Source: Chrysomallon squamiferum (Eukaryota; Animalia; Mollusca). Taken from it: a DNA stretch of 64,000 nt. Position 1 is the first letter of the stretch, and every line of letters starts with the position of its first letter. The notes below the pieces were generated by a model. It was not told the origin of the DNA and ran no database searches. It saw only the letters and a program-made list of their open reading frames with translations. Positions 1 to 13,610 of this stretch are shown piece by piece. Location of the stretch: NCBI GenBank assembly GCA_012295275.1, contig CM022671.1, forward strand, positions 21,576,001-21,640,000, given 5' to 3'. The position numbers and the translations under genes were made by a program.

Positions 1-110
1 ACCATCACCACTATTACTATTAACATCATCATCATCATCATTATGATTACTACTACTACTACTTTTCTACCACCACCATTTCTACTACAGTTATCATCAC
101 CACCATTATC
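1..110. repeat. Compound trinucleotide microsatellite (CAT/TAC/CAC)
   Basis: Directly visible. Confidence 0.85.
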
Positions 111-235
111 TTTTTTATTTTATTTTTTTGTTATTATTATTAAAAAAAAAAAAAAAAAAACAAGAAAAAAAAAAAAGACTTCTGCTTTAATTTTTTTGTA
201 AGAAATAATTTAATTTATGTTTTATTAAATTTCAG

Positions 236-291
236 ACCAGTCAGGTTTGCAGTACAAAATCCTCAACAAAAGAAAGGGACCTGCAGTCTGG
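236..291 (+). CDS. MTO1: MTO1 internal exon (DQSGLQYKILNKRKGPAVW)
   Basis: ttcag acceptor at 231-235 and GTATGA donor at 292. The translation matches the MnmG/GidA/MTO1 motif LNxxKGPAV. Upstream exons lie outside the window. Confidence 0.93.
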
Positions 292-984
292 GTATGATTT
301 ATTTTTCAATATACTACAGTATTTTTAAACATTATTAGAAACAAATTACACATTCCCACAAAGCAAACTTTGAGCATCAAGACACTGACATTTTCATGCA
401 TCCTGCATCAAGATAGTGAAATTTTCATGCGTCCTACCACTCTACAATGAAAATGATTAAGATTTGTATAATACTCAACAACAAATATAAAAAATGTTAT
501 TAAACATTTAAAACAATTTTTACCATGAAAATGTAGAAATTGTAAAATGATTGAAATAATTGTTTTTTTATTACTGCTTTAAAAATCTTATCTAAAGTTT
601 AATGTATTTTTATGTTACATTTTATGGTATAAAAATATAATTTCACACCAAAATCTAAAAGGATGAAAAATATACATTTGTTATATTTTACCTGAAATGT
701 GACACATTCAGGGATTCACACCTTTTACTAACTAGATAACACATATGTTAACATGTTAACTTCTCTTTTTTTACTGACTAGTTATCTCCTAATATTTTTT
801 CTAATTAATTTTTATGTAACCAGTTAATATCATTTGATATACATCTTTCACTAACAAATTAACAACTTTTTTATTGTTTCAGTGACCATTTAACCATTAT
901 TATTATGTTTTACTAACCAGATAACAACAACAATTCTATGATGTTTTTAATCCCATATTATCATCAATGAAAAAAATGTTAATA

Positions 985-1060
985 AAAATATGTTTAATCA
1001 TAATAACATGTGTTAGTTTCTGTAAATATGTTTAATCATAATAACGTGATATTTTCTGTA
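985..1060. repeat. ~37-bp tandem duplication next to an MTO1 acceptor
   Basis: aaatatgtttaatcataataac...ttctgtaa occurs twice. Confidence 0.75.
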
Positions 1061-1070
1061 ATGATTCCAG

Positions 1071-1242
1071 GGTCCTCGAGCTCAGATTGACAGAGACCTG
1101 TACAAGGAACACATGCAGAGAGAGATTCGCAAATTTAACAACCTCAGAATAATGGCTGCTCCTGTTGAAGATCTGCTCCTTAAGGAGTCCAGTCAACCAG
1201 ACCATGATCTCATGAAACAGGAGTGTATGGGTGTGGTTCTTG
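1071..1242 (+). CDS. MTO1: MTO1 internal exon (GPRAQIDRDLYKEHMQREIRKFNNLRIMAAPVEDLLLKESSQPDHDLMKQECMGVVLG)
   Basis: ttccag acceptor and GTAAGT donor. Phase 0 entry continues PAVW|GPRAQIDR, the conserved RAQxDR motif. 172 bp, ends in phase 1. Confidence 0.95.
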
Positions 1243-1684
1243 GTAAGTTGGAGAAACGTATTTGAGTTTTGATATTGCTTTGAATTTTACATTTTATTTG
1301 TATGACACTGAAGAAATTTTTTTTTTCTGTATTTTTTTCTTTTTTTTTCTTTAATATTTTTAGACTTTTTAAGTATAATATATATATTTTTTTTACATAT
1401 ATATTTGTGAAAGACAAGATAGTATAACACCACAACATAGTATGGAATATATATGAACACATTTGTTTTTTCATGCATTTTTTTTAGAGTTTTGCCATTC
1501 TTTATTATTAGCAGCAATTGCATCCACAAAAATAAATACTAGAAAAAAAGGACCTAGATGATCTGTTGGGTAATTAGGCAGTTTTTGTGACCACAAGGAA
1601 TACACTTAAACCACAAAACTGGAGCATTGATGAATATCTTATTTAATTTTTATAAATTTTATTTTTATTCTTTAAAAGGTAGGA

Positions 1685-1696
1685 TTATTATTATTA

Positions 1697-1772
<76 letters not shown>
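1685..1772. repeat. (TAT)n microsatellite
   Basis: About 28 copies, directly upstream of an MTO1 polypyrimidine tract. Confidence 0.95.
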
Positions 1773-1774
<2 letters not shown>

Positions 1775-1800
1775 TATTTATTTATTTTTTTTTTTTTCAG

Positions 1801-1977
1801 GGGATGGGAAGGTAGTCAGAGGAAAAACTGTTGTCTTGACAACAGGGACATTTTTGCGAGGGTGTATAAATATTGGTTTGTCTGTCCGTCCAGCTGGGAG
1901 GTTAGGAGATGAGCCTTCGGTTGGATTGGCAAAAACACTGGAATCAGCTGGTTTCACAATGGGCCGACTAAAGACAG
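1801..1977 (+). CDS. MTO1: MTO1 internal exon ([58 protein letters not shown])
   Basis: polyT-cag acceptor and GTTTGG donor. Contains the conserved TTGTFLxG and GRLKTG motifs. 177 bp, phase 1 to 1. Confidence 0.96.
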
Positions 1978-2405
1978 GTTTGGTAAAAATTATTATTTTA
2001 TTTCCAGTATCATTTTCCAAAAACAAAATACTTTTTTTTATTACAAGTTGACACGTCATTATCAGCTTTTCCCAAAAGAATATTCAATGGCACATTTTTT
2101 TTTTTGCATGTATGTTCACACCATCATTTATTTAATTTATGAACATTTTTACTTAGTTCAATTTTGATATATTACAAGTTTTATTGAATTGTTTTTCTTG
2201 TATATATATATCAACATGACAGAGTTTATTTATCATTTTATTAATGCTGAATAAATGTTATATACTACAAAATCTTTTTTTCTTTATTTTATAGATAATC
2301 TTTTCCAGTGTAGAAAGATAATTTATACATAAATTTACATTTTTGTAATTCTTTACAGCCAGGAATACTGTTAATTTTTCTATTTTTATTTAATTCTGTT
2401 TTTAG

Positions 2406-2518
2406 GAACACCCCCTCGTATTGATGGCAGGACAGTAGACTATTCCAAAATGACTGTCATGTCTGGGGATAACCCTCCTCAGCCATTTTCTTTTCTGAAC
2501 AAAGAAGTGTGGATCAAG
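2406..2518 (+). CDS. MTO1: MTO1 internal exon ([38 protein letters not shown])
   Basis: tttag acceptor and AAG|GTAACT donor. Completes the hallmark RLKTGTPPRI motif and carries PFSF. 113 bp, phase 1 to 0. Confidence 0.96.
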
Positions 2519-3462
2519 GTAACTTTCACAACATTTTGTCATCAAGCAGATGAATTGTTAAGTAGCATATTAATTAAATTTGGATTAGAACAGAATAATT
2601 GTCAAGTTATGAAATTAAATGCATTATGTCTGTGACAGTATTAACCTCTTCAGTATTGTGTGATGGTCTTGTTTCAAAGACAGTTTTCACTTTCTGGATA
2701 GGATGTTATTATTTCATAATTATATTTGTATTTAGTATAATAATGCTGGTAAGCTATATATTATTTTCCCAAGAGTTCCATTGACAGTCCAAAATGCCCA
2801 TATTAACAAATGATCCATAAGAAATGGTAAAAAAAACAATCCCAGCAGAAATACTTAAACATCAGATCTGTCAGTGTTGTCTAGTTAAGAAAAATGATGA
2901 ATATCAAAATGTAACAGTCAGTATCTGAACTTTGGTAAAAGTAAACAAGAACTTTACTGGGTTGGTACAAATTTGCTATGATACAGAAATTCTGCTGCAA
3001 CTCAGTATAATTTTATTCTAAAAATGAACACCATCAGTACAGTCAAAATAGTGACTGCTACAGAAGTCTGTTAAAGTACATATGAGTTTAACAGAGCCTG
3101 GCTGGAGTTAAACTTTTTAATGTTAATGGTTGTAAGATATTAGTAATGTTATTTTGTAAAGAAAAGGAAATACTTTTTTTTTGATGATGCCATTGAGCGA
3201 CATTTTCCCTCAGACATATGTATGACATTTGCAGGATTGGGAAAGTGCAATGAAATATTCCTTGTTGCTGTTCTAAACACCAGCAGCATATTTTCTCTGT
3301 CATTTAAACATCATCAATTAATAAATAAATCAATCAAATGAAAATACATACACTTTTTTGATAATTAAGAATATTAATGCATTGTTAAGCATATCTTAAT
3401 ATATATATTTATTTATTTATTTATTTATTTATTTATTTGTTTGTTTATTTATTTGACTTTAG

Positions 3463-3575
3463 GCAGAAGATCAAGTGAATTGTCACCTGACCACTACAAC
3501 CGAAGCTGTTGATGCCATTGTTCGTGAAACCCTGCATCAGAACAGACATGTCATGGAAGAAATCAATGGGCCAAG
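3463..3575 (+). CDS. MTO1: MTO1 internal exon (AEDQVNCHLTTTTEAVDAIVRETLHQNRHVMEEINGPR)
   Basis: ctttag acceptor and AAG|GTAGGA donor. Matches the MTO1 EDQxxCxLTxT...GPR segment that normally precedes YCPSIExK. Ends in phase 2. Confidence 0.94.
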
Positions 3576-3860
3576 GTAGGACTTGTTTTTATTTTTAATT
3601 AAACTGACAGACAAGCAGAGTTTTTATTGTCATCTCACTCTGAATAATACTAAGGCACTTCTCATTGTATTGTGACATCTTACCTATGCTGGATAACACT
3701 GTGGACACATGTCTTATCCAGTACCAACCAATGTAGGACTTGTTTTTTATTTTTAATTAACTGACAGACAGATAAACAGACATTTTTTGTCATCTCCCTG
3801 TTTGAACAATGCTGGGGCACTTCTCATTGCAACACTGGATAACACTGTAGTCACTTATCA
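3571..3860. repeat. Diverged ~157-bp tandem duplication including the MTO1 donor site
   Basis: ccaaGgtaggacttgttttt (3571) versus ccaaTgtaggacttgtttttt (3728). The copies share actgacagaca, ttgtcatctc, ggcacttctcattg and ctggataacactgt blocks. Confidence 0.85.
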
Positions 3861-5210
3861 TGACATTATAAGAATCCAAATATTAATTTAGTAAAATAAA
3901 ATCAGAAATAGATGTTATAATGAAAATATGAATCATTCATTAAGTTGGTTATGTTGCATTGTCAGTGGATTATAGCAAAAATATATCATTTATTTGTGTT
4001 ATCATTTCAAATAACAGTATAACAATATAAAAGCAGTGGTTAAATACTGGTATGAAATAACATTTAGTGTCAAATTCTCTGTGAATTTATTTTTTATCAT
4101 TTTCATCATTTTGATTATCATTGTTATCATCATCATAACACATTAATGTTATTTTAATTTTTGAATTAGTTATATACATGTATGAAGTAATTTCTGCACC
4201 AAGCATTTAACTTTTTAGTATTGTCATAAATGAAATTTTTATGACTCAAGATTTTTTTCTGAAATAATGATGTCTTTATCAGTTTGTTTATAGACAGACA
4301 TTTTTTCAAGTAATAGAAAGATAGTTTGTTTTAGACTCTAATATAAAACAATCCAAATGTTTTCTTTCCTTTTTTTTCTTCTCATTTTTTAGACTTTGTT
4401 TTCAGTCTTTGATTACTAATTATTTAAAAAATAAATGAACCAAATTATGTTGCTAATGATACCAACCATATTTTAAAATATAATGCAGAGATTATAGAAA
4501 TACTGTTAATGAGATAATCAATTTAAATTAAATTCAATCTGTAATATTTGATATAAAAAAAGCCAGTGCAGTCATTTCTATAGAAATTTTCTCATTTGCC
4601 TTGTCCAAAATTTTAATTTTTTTTCTTAAAACGTCTCTTTGTAAAATTCAATTTAATGTATTTGTAAACTGAATTTTAAAAGCAACAGACATAAATTAAA
4701 ATGTCAGTATATTTCTTTTTCAGTAAACTTTTTCAGTAAATTTATTAATTTGGCTTTCATGATTATAGTTTCTACATCTATAGATAATATATTAAATGAT
4801 GGCACGAAAAACATTCTGCATTTTGTTTTTCACTTAATGATTTTTTTATTATTATTTTTATTTTATTTTTATTTTTAAGGAATGAAAAACAACACACTCC
4901 CAATAAATTCATAAATTATTTCCATCCATAGAAAAGAAAAACATTTGCTTTAGCTTGTACAGATAAAAAACCACCAAAAAACCATTATACAATTCTTTCT
5001 TTAATTTCTCTTAATTCAGTAGTGGCACAGTTCTTTTATTAAATTAGTTTTTTTATTACACTTTTTTTTCTTAAGCCACCAAATTGCTTTATTTTACATG
5101 ACATCTGTAAATAGAGTTATCTCTCTTGGTAAAAAGTGAAAAGATATATGACATAAAAAAAAAATGAGGTAGTTCTTAATTGACATAAAAACAAAACCGT
5201 CTTATAAAAA

Positions 5211-5266
5211 AATTTTGGTGCCTAAGATCAGCCTGATTTATTTAATTTTTTTGTTTTATTCTATCT

Positions 5267-5305
<39 letters not shown>

Positions 5306-5450
5306 TATATATATGTACATACATAACTATATAATGTACAAACAAACATACAGGCACACACAAATTTACACCCACTCACACACACACACATATGCAATTT
5401 TGGTGCCTAAGATCAGCCTGATTTATTTAATTTTTTTTTTTATTCTATCT

Positions 5451-5490
<40 letters not shown>

Positions 5491-5588
5491 TATATATATA
5501 TATATGTACATACATAACTATATAATGTACAAACAAACATACAGGCACACACAAATTTACACCCACTCACACACACACACACATATGC
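5211..5588. repeat. Near-perfect ~185-193 bp tandem duplication
   Basis: Copies at 5211-5395 and 5396-5588 differ almost only in the lengths of T, TA and CA runs. Confidence 0.92.
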
Positions 5589-5897
5589 ATTTATGCACAG
5601 ACACAATTTATATATATTTTTTTTAAATTCATGTTAACCACACAAAAATCCTTTCCAGCATGAGTACCATAATTTTCTTTTTTTTAGCTCTCACAAAGGT
5701 TAATGTCTTACATTTCCTGGGTCTCAGGTTCTCCAAAGTTATTTTCAGAATCCTGTGACTTGCACACACATTTTTCCCATGCACACAGTAGATGCACATC
5801 ATCAAGTACAGAGCAGTCTGCTGACAACATTCTTTCAGTTCATATATCTCACTGAATCTCTTCCTGTTGTATTTTGTATATCTTCTTTTTAATTTCT

Positions 5898-5929
<32 letters not shown>

Positions 5930-7345
5930 TTTTTTTCTTTTTTTTTTTTATGATACAAGCAGAAATTCCAGGCTATATTTAGACAAGGAAATGCATGGAG
6001 ATTTTTTTTTGGTTTTGTTGTTGTTGTTTGTTTTATTTTGTTTGTTCTTTTTTTGTTTCTTTGTAGTTGTTTGTTATTATTATTTTCTTTTTTTCATTTG
6101 TTGATTTTCAGGAAAGTTTAGTATTATGATAAAGAGGCTATAAATGCATACATCCATTGCTGTAGAAGATAATCTATTACTAGAGTAGAAAGCTTTTTAT
6201 TATTATTTACACTGACAGAACAACCATTGTTACAGAGAAGGAAGCAAAGAAATAGCTTTAAAAATTCAAACAATTCTAATTTATTTACTTAAAAATGTAC
6301 ATACTTATTTCCTACCTTTTACATTTCTCATAATTAACCAAATATTTGCTGATCATTTGTACTGAACTTCTAGAGAGCAGGGAATTGAAGAAGAAGAAGA
6401 CGTTGTATATAGCATTCATATAAATCTTTATTCAAAGATGAAGAGGTAAATCTTGGAAAAAAATTGCTGGAAGAAAGAAAAAAATAATGAAGAAAGAATA
6501 GAAAAAAATACAAAAAATCAATCCTAAAACCCAGCATGCCAAAATAGTTTTGTCATGGATACCAGGAAGGTGCATACTATATATACTGCATTTCTTTCTT
6601 TTTTTTTTTTTTTTGCCTCTTGAATTTCTACAATGAAATAAAGTAATATTTTGTGGATGTCAGACAACCATTTTAGATGTACTGGATTCCTTTTCTGTTT
6701 GTTTGCTTTGCTTATAATGGGGAAGGGTTGATGAGGGGGAATCGTATACTGTCTGGCTGAAAGGTCAAGGTCAGTGACTAGAATGCTTGTCTAAATGAAA
6801 AGAGAAATTTGAGAGATGTCACTTGAAGAATTTACTGATGTCTGCAAATATGTGGCTTAGTTAAACTGTTGCAATAATGCAGCAAGTTATTCTGTTATGA
6901 TTTTTATCAGTTCTTGAAAGATTGCATCATTACATACATACATATACATACATACATACATACACATACATATATATTTATATGTACAAACATATGCACA
7001 CACACAGACACTCATACACACACACACACACATACAGATATACAACATCTATACAAACACAGGCATGTACATATATATCTTCTAACTTTGCACACACAAA
7101 CAGACAGTGTGACAGTATGGCTTGAAAAAATCTGGATTCAGTCTGGTGGTTGTAAAACAAAAACAAACAAATGAAAAAAAAAAAAAAAAAAAAGTTTTTT
7201 GATTTATTGTAGCCAGACGTGTTAATGTAGGGTTTTTTCTTCTTGTGTTGCTTAGATATAAATTCTATTTTTGTTATCATAGAACTGTGTCTGTTGCAGA
7301 TAGCTTCTGAGTTTTTTTAATATGAATTAACATTTGTTTGTCTGA

Positions 7346-7382
<37 letters not shown>

Positions 7383-8000
7383 TTTGTGTGAATAAATGAG
7401 AGGGAGAGAGAAAGAGGGAGGGAGGGAAAAAAAAAAGAGAATTAGTGAAAAAGAGAGAGGAAGTTGGTTAAGACAGAAATAGACAGATAATATTCCTGTT
7501 AAAACAAGTCTGTATTAAACCCTAAAACTCAGTACTATCTACAACTTTCAAAACATTCTTCTAAACAAGTATATATATATATAGTTTTTTTTTTTTTTTT
7601 TAAATGAAGGGTGAAAAGAAGAATAAAGCATATTTAATTGTCCTGAATGATAACAACATATGCTGCAAGTGTAAATATGTGGTGAAAAAAAAAAAATTAA
7701 TAATACAAATAAATAGTTCTAGACAAGCTAGGGTGAGTTACCTTTCTGTGACAGCCAACAGTTTATTAATTCTCCTTCAGCTAGAAATGATAGGTGAATC
7801 TGTTTATTTTTCATTCCTTTTATTTTAAATTCTTTTATTTTTTTAAATTTATTTTGATTTAATTAATAATTAATTTTACTTGACTTGACTTGACTTGACT
7901 TTTGTTTTACTTTACTTTACTTTATTGTAGTATAGTGTTGTATAAGTTATTGTATTGTATTATACTGCAGTGTATTATTAAAACAAATACTTTTACCTTT

Positions 8001-8085
8001 GGAACAGAGCATAAAAATGCACGGATGGGGTATTGACCTTGCGATCCTTCACTCTTCAGACAAATGCTCTTCCTATTAACTTCTA
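8001..8085 (-). mobile_element. tRNA-derived SINE 5' head fragment
   Basis: The reverse complement (agagcatttgtctgaagagtgaaggatcgcaaggtcaatacc) aligns with the tRNA-like head at 59589-59645. Confidence 0.55.
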
Positions 8086-9926
8086 TGTTGTTTACATGAT
8101 AAACTGATAGGTGTTTGTTAATAAATACATTAAGTAAAATAATTATTCTAACCTAATTTAAAAACGGTGGGCTTGTGTTTGTTTGTTTGTTTGTTTGCTT
8201 TCACTCCAGCTGTATGTTCATTTAATGTCAAAGCTGAAGCAAATCAAAACTGATGCATTAAAAGATGGATGGACTGCTGGATGGACAGTAGCAGAGGAGA
8301 TAATCAGTTAAATTAGACTTAGATCTTGGCAGCTGACTAGACAACTGACAAGAAAAATGGCGCAGAAAACACTGATAGATGGGACAACACACACGACTTA
8401 CTGATAGTCAAGTAATCACTGATTGTGTTTTTTCTATGAAAAAAAGAAAGAAAGAAAGATGGATGAATGTTGGCTGTTGATAAAAATTGACATTAAACAG
8501 ACAAGTTTGATCAGTACAAACTTTCTTTCTTATCATCTATCAACTATTCTAACACACAGTTGAATTTCAAAACATTAGGGAGGCTGTTTTGTTGCAAAAA
8601 AATTAAGGCAGGCACTTTAAATGTTGATATTTCTAGAGTTATTCCCCTTCTTTTAATAATTATTTATACTGTGAGGTGGATTTATGAGAAATGTTTCATA
8701 CATTTTTGTCTATCAGTGGTTGTCTCCCTTCCTCTATAGAAATAACTTTGAATTTTTTTTTTTTTTTTATGTAAAGATTAATTAAGAAAGATTTAATTCT
8801 GATTTGTCCATTTGTCCATTTGTGCTAAACAACACAGAGTAAAACTTCTAGAAAATATTTTTGTTTTTCTTTATTCATTTTTTTTATTAAAGGAAAAAGA
8901 ATACATTTCAGTCTGACCAGTATAAAAAATTTAAATATACAAACATTATAAATTTTGACATAATATTTAATAAACCAGTTAGAACTTTGAACCTTTTGTT
9001 TTGTATTTCAAACAATAAAATTTTAAATGTTGTGTCTATAAAAATAAATAAATATGAACAATGAAATTAAATCACTGAGATCTGTTGGTAGGTATATATC
9101 AAAATTATACATTTTATGAAACTCATTTCATTTTGAAAATCATATCCATCATAGAAATGACATTCCTGTTAAACCTTGAGTCCAGCCCTGGATAACAGTA
9201 AATACATACAAAAAAAAAATTAATTATGATCTGTTCTTATATATATTAATCATGTTGATGATGATGATGAAAATAATAATAATAATAATAATAATAATAT
9301 TTAAAAATTGAAGTCTGATCAAGTTCTGTGCCTCTACATAATAAAAATAATAAATAAATAGATGAATAATAATATTTTTAGAAACTAACGTCTGCATCAA
9401 TATCTCTGCCTCTGCATAATAACAATAACAAATAATAAAAAGAAATTGATGTCTGTATCAATATCTGCACCTGTATAAAAACAACAAATGGATAACAAAC
9501 AGTCTGTCTGTATCCACTACCTAAATGACGACATGTGTTTTGTTAGTAATGTTATTATCAGGTGAAGCATAATTTGGCTTACATTCAGAGTGTTTTGTTT
9601 CCAAAGCACACACAAAGTTCTGTTTGATCAGTATGTTGAATATATTGTTACAGTAAAACACATAAATGTATTCATACAGTGTCTGTGTGTATTAATCAGA
9701 CCGCAGGTAAATATAGTCGGAACAAGTAAATAAACACATTTATTTAACAAGCCACTGTGGTGTGTGTACTTGGTAAAAGTTGAAAGATGAGAAGAATTTA
9801 TGTGTCTCTCATCATATTCGTGACTTGGCAGCTGGTTTTGAAACTAAAACTATTTCTTTGTATTGTTGTTGTGTCTTTCCCTTTATAAAGTTAAGGAAAT
9901 GTGAACGAGTTTAAATTTTTTGTTTG

Positions 9927-9928
<2 letters not shown>

Positions 9929-10000
<72 letters not shown>
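9929..10000. repeat. (CT)n microsatellite
   Basis: About 36 copies. Confidence 0.95.
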
Positions 10001-10009
<9 letters not shown>

Positions 10010-11933
10010 TAATCTCATTGTCAGTTTATCTCTTTCTTTCTTTCTTTCTTTCTGACACACTCATTCATATCCATGAGTATGTGCATACACAAACACACAT
10101 CTCCACGCACACTCACACACACACCACACATATACATATACACATTATATTTATACACACAAACATATATTCAGATATAGAACATACATACATATATACT
10201 CATGGAAACATGTGTATGTTCATGTACATTAGTACATTTTATATATAATATATAATAGTCTAAAAGATTGAGCATTTGTAATAAAACAGCAAAAAAATAC
10301 TTTCCCCCTCACATATAAAACACACACACACACACACACACACAATTTGTAAAAATCTCCATCTTCAAAAGAATGCTTAATTACATGCTTTGCAAATTTG
10401 AAATATTTTCCTGTTTTTCATTTTAATTGTCAGCTCTGATCTAGATTCCATTCATAGTTGGAATATTCTGTATTCATTCATCTGGAAACAGACTACAACT
10501 TAATGGACCTCGATGGACCACTAGGAAGTTTAAAATTCTGTACAACAACTCATGCTGAAACTGTTGAATATGTAACAAGAACAAAACTGTTTTATGTATT
10601 AAAGATGTACATAGTTACAGAAAAAAAAAATTTCTTTCATATTTAAGATTTATATTCTGTTTGTGTGTCTATATGGATATATATGTGTGTATGTCTATAT
10701 GTATGTGTATGTGTGTCTATATATATGTGTGTGTGTGTATGCATGTGTGAGTGTGTGTGTTTTGGATTTTCTTAAAAATGGCAACAACATTAAGTAGAAA
10801 AGGACCCAAAAATAAGTTGAGTAAATGTAAGTACAGACTTTTTCACCATACACCACACCCCAAATTTTTTACTTATCCTTCCTTACTGCATGAAGGTTCA
10901 GCAGAGCTGAGAATTAACATAATACTTTGGACTTCATATTGTTCAGATTAAACTTTTAAAGAAGATTATTATGTCACAGTTCAAGTATGTGCCTGTTTCT
11001 AAATTTTCTTTATTCGTGGACTTGTTGATGTTCCCTCCATTCTCTTAATAGTTAAGATTCATATATTTAATATTACAGAGACGTAAATGTTTTAACTATG
11101 ATTGACATACTGTAGTAAAAAAAATTGCATGGTTTGTTTGAAAGTATTATTTCTTGCTGCGAAATATGTTTTTAACTCAGACTGTTGCATGACAAGTGAT
11201 AGGTGCCTGTTAATAAACTGTCATAGATAAACAGCATGCATATAACGTAGTTTTTATAAAACCATTAGTGGAATGTCACTGATGCATATCAGAAAGCATT
11301 AAGTTGCATACCTTCGAGTTAATAACTATGCACGTGTATATGTGTATATATTTATACATCCTATCATACGCATACCAACATTCAGCTATGCCTGTATATG
11401 TTCACATGTGTACAGACGCACAAACACATATATACAGTATAGATACATACATACATACATATATACATACATAATAATACATATGTATGTGCCTAGACAA
11501 ACATAGATACACATGCATATAAACACACACACACACACACACACTCTGTATATATTTTAACACCATTAAACAAGCCACACTACCTTGATAGGCAGACTTG
11601 AATTAAGTTACAACAGATACTACAATATAATGTCACTGTGTGCAGTAGAGTTTGTACCTGACCCACTTGGTTCGCATTTTCCTGCTTCCTACTTGTACAA
11701 GTACCTAACATGATGTGGTACTCGAATGTACCAGCATGTTTCAGCATTATGTATATCATTATAAATGTACTTATTTTGTCTAAAAAGGATTTTTAAATAG
11801 CGAGGTTTTTAAAACGGTTATGTAAATAAATATAAATATAACTGTAATACTGCACTGAATGAACAATCATCTTGTTAAACAAATTCCCATTTTTATTTGT
11901 TTGTTTTATTTTGTTTTGTGTGTGTCACTTTTA

Positions 11934-11973
<40 letters not shown>

Positions 11974-12109
11974 GATTATTATTATTATTATTATTAAGGA
12001 ATATAGTGGATTTTTAGTATTATTTTCTATTTTGAATTAATTTTATTTTATTTATTCAGTTCTTTTTCTCTTTTTCTATTTCTGTTTCTCCTTTTTTCCT
12101 TTTTAGTGT

Positions 12110-12400
12110 GTGTATGTATTCTGTGCAAACAGCATGCAGTTTGTAATGTATATTGTGATTAATATGAAATTTGTAATATATACTGTGAAATTTGAAATGT
12201 TTGAAATGTATACTGTTGAAATAGTATGAAATTTGTAATATATACTGTTTGAATAGTAATATATATTGCATGAAATGTGAAATATATAATGTATTCTGTG
12301 AAAACAGTGAAATGAAATTAGAAATATTAAAATGTATACGTAAAATTAATAATATCATAATGAATATGTTGTATTGTATGTGTGAAATTTACAATATTTT
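12110..12400. repeat. Degenerate AT-rich minisatellite (tatactgtgaaatttg...)
   Basis: Recurrent tatactgt/tgaaattt motifs. Confidence 0.6.
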
Positions 12401-13435
12401 TATATCATTTATATAAAAGATTTAATATTAAACTACTTTATATTATTATAATACAGAGTATTTCTTCTGAGTTATACAGCCTTGGCTATATATTATAATG
12501 CTAACTGTTGTGCATGTGTTTACGATATTTGTAATTATAGAGTTTATACTGTTGTTTCATTCAGACTTAGTTCACACTATTTTATAATGCTAACTGTTAC
12601 GTATGTGCAGGTGATATTTTTAATGTGGATATTTGTATTGCTGTTTTATTCAGAAACTTGGCTCCCTGAAGAACGTGCTGTACTTTGAGTCAATAACCTT
12701 CAGACTGTTATCCTTGTACTTACCGGCGTATCAGTTTCCAAGCACTTGATACAAATATGTTTACTTCACAGTGCTGATCAAATTAACACCATGCATTGCG
12801 TTGTCGTGTATCGGGGCTAATCTCCAGATAGGGATAAACTGGTGAAAGCGGGAACATTGTTTGTGATTGTTAAATTGTCACAGTGAAAGGAAATCTTTAT
12901 TGTCACAGTCTGCTGGTGTTGTTGTGTGGGTGTGTCTGTCTGTTGTTGTGTGTGTTTGCGTCTGTCTGTTGTGTGGGTGTGTCTGTCAGAATGTGTGAGT
13001 GTCTGTATGTATGTTGTGACTGTGTGTATGTGTGTGTGAGTGGCTTTAAATGTTTATAAAAAAAAAAAAAAAAATTTTTTTTTTTAAAGTTTTTTTTTTC
13101 TTTTTAGATAAGAAAATAAATAATTTGTTCAGTGTGTCTGCATCATCTAATACTTAAACAGTTTTAAATAAAAAAATTTCAAAGATTTTAAGAAATTCAT
13201 ATATTAACACTGTTTACTGTAATAAAAGTATTACATAACTTTTTTTTTTAATTATATATCTTTTCTTCTGAAACATGAATATTACCCAGCATGGACCTTT
13301 TAAACTGTTAATTATTCATATTTATTTATTTATTTATTTATTTATATGAGAAACTTTTAAAAATTATCATTAGCATTATATAATGTTAATTGATTATCAA
13401 ATTTTACCTTTATGCTAAGAAAGAATGTATGTATG

Positions 13436-13610
13436 TAGATACATCTGCTGACAATGATGATAAAGTAACTGTGTATCTTAGATACATCTGCTGACAATGA
13501 TAATGAAGTAACTGTGTATCTTAGATACATCTGCTGACAATGATAATGAAGTAATTGTTTATCTGCTGATAATGATAATGAAGTAATTGTTTATCTGGTA
13601 TACACATCTA
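13436..13610. repeat. Minisatellite with ~43-bp unit (tagatacatctgctgacaatgataatgaagtaactgtgtatct)
   Basis: Three near-identical copies plus decayed copies. Confidence 0.85.

Noticed and set aside
2893-2930. ATGATGA...CTGA box C/D-like pair in an MTO1 intron
   Set aside because: Only ~35 nt apart, with no terminal stem or recognisable rRNA antisense element.
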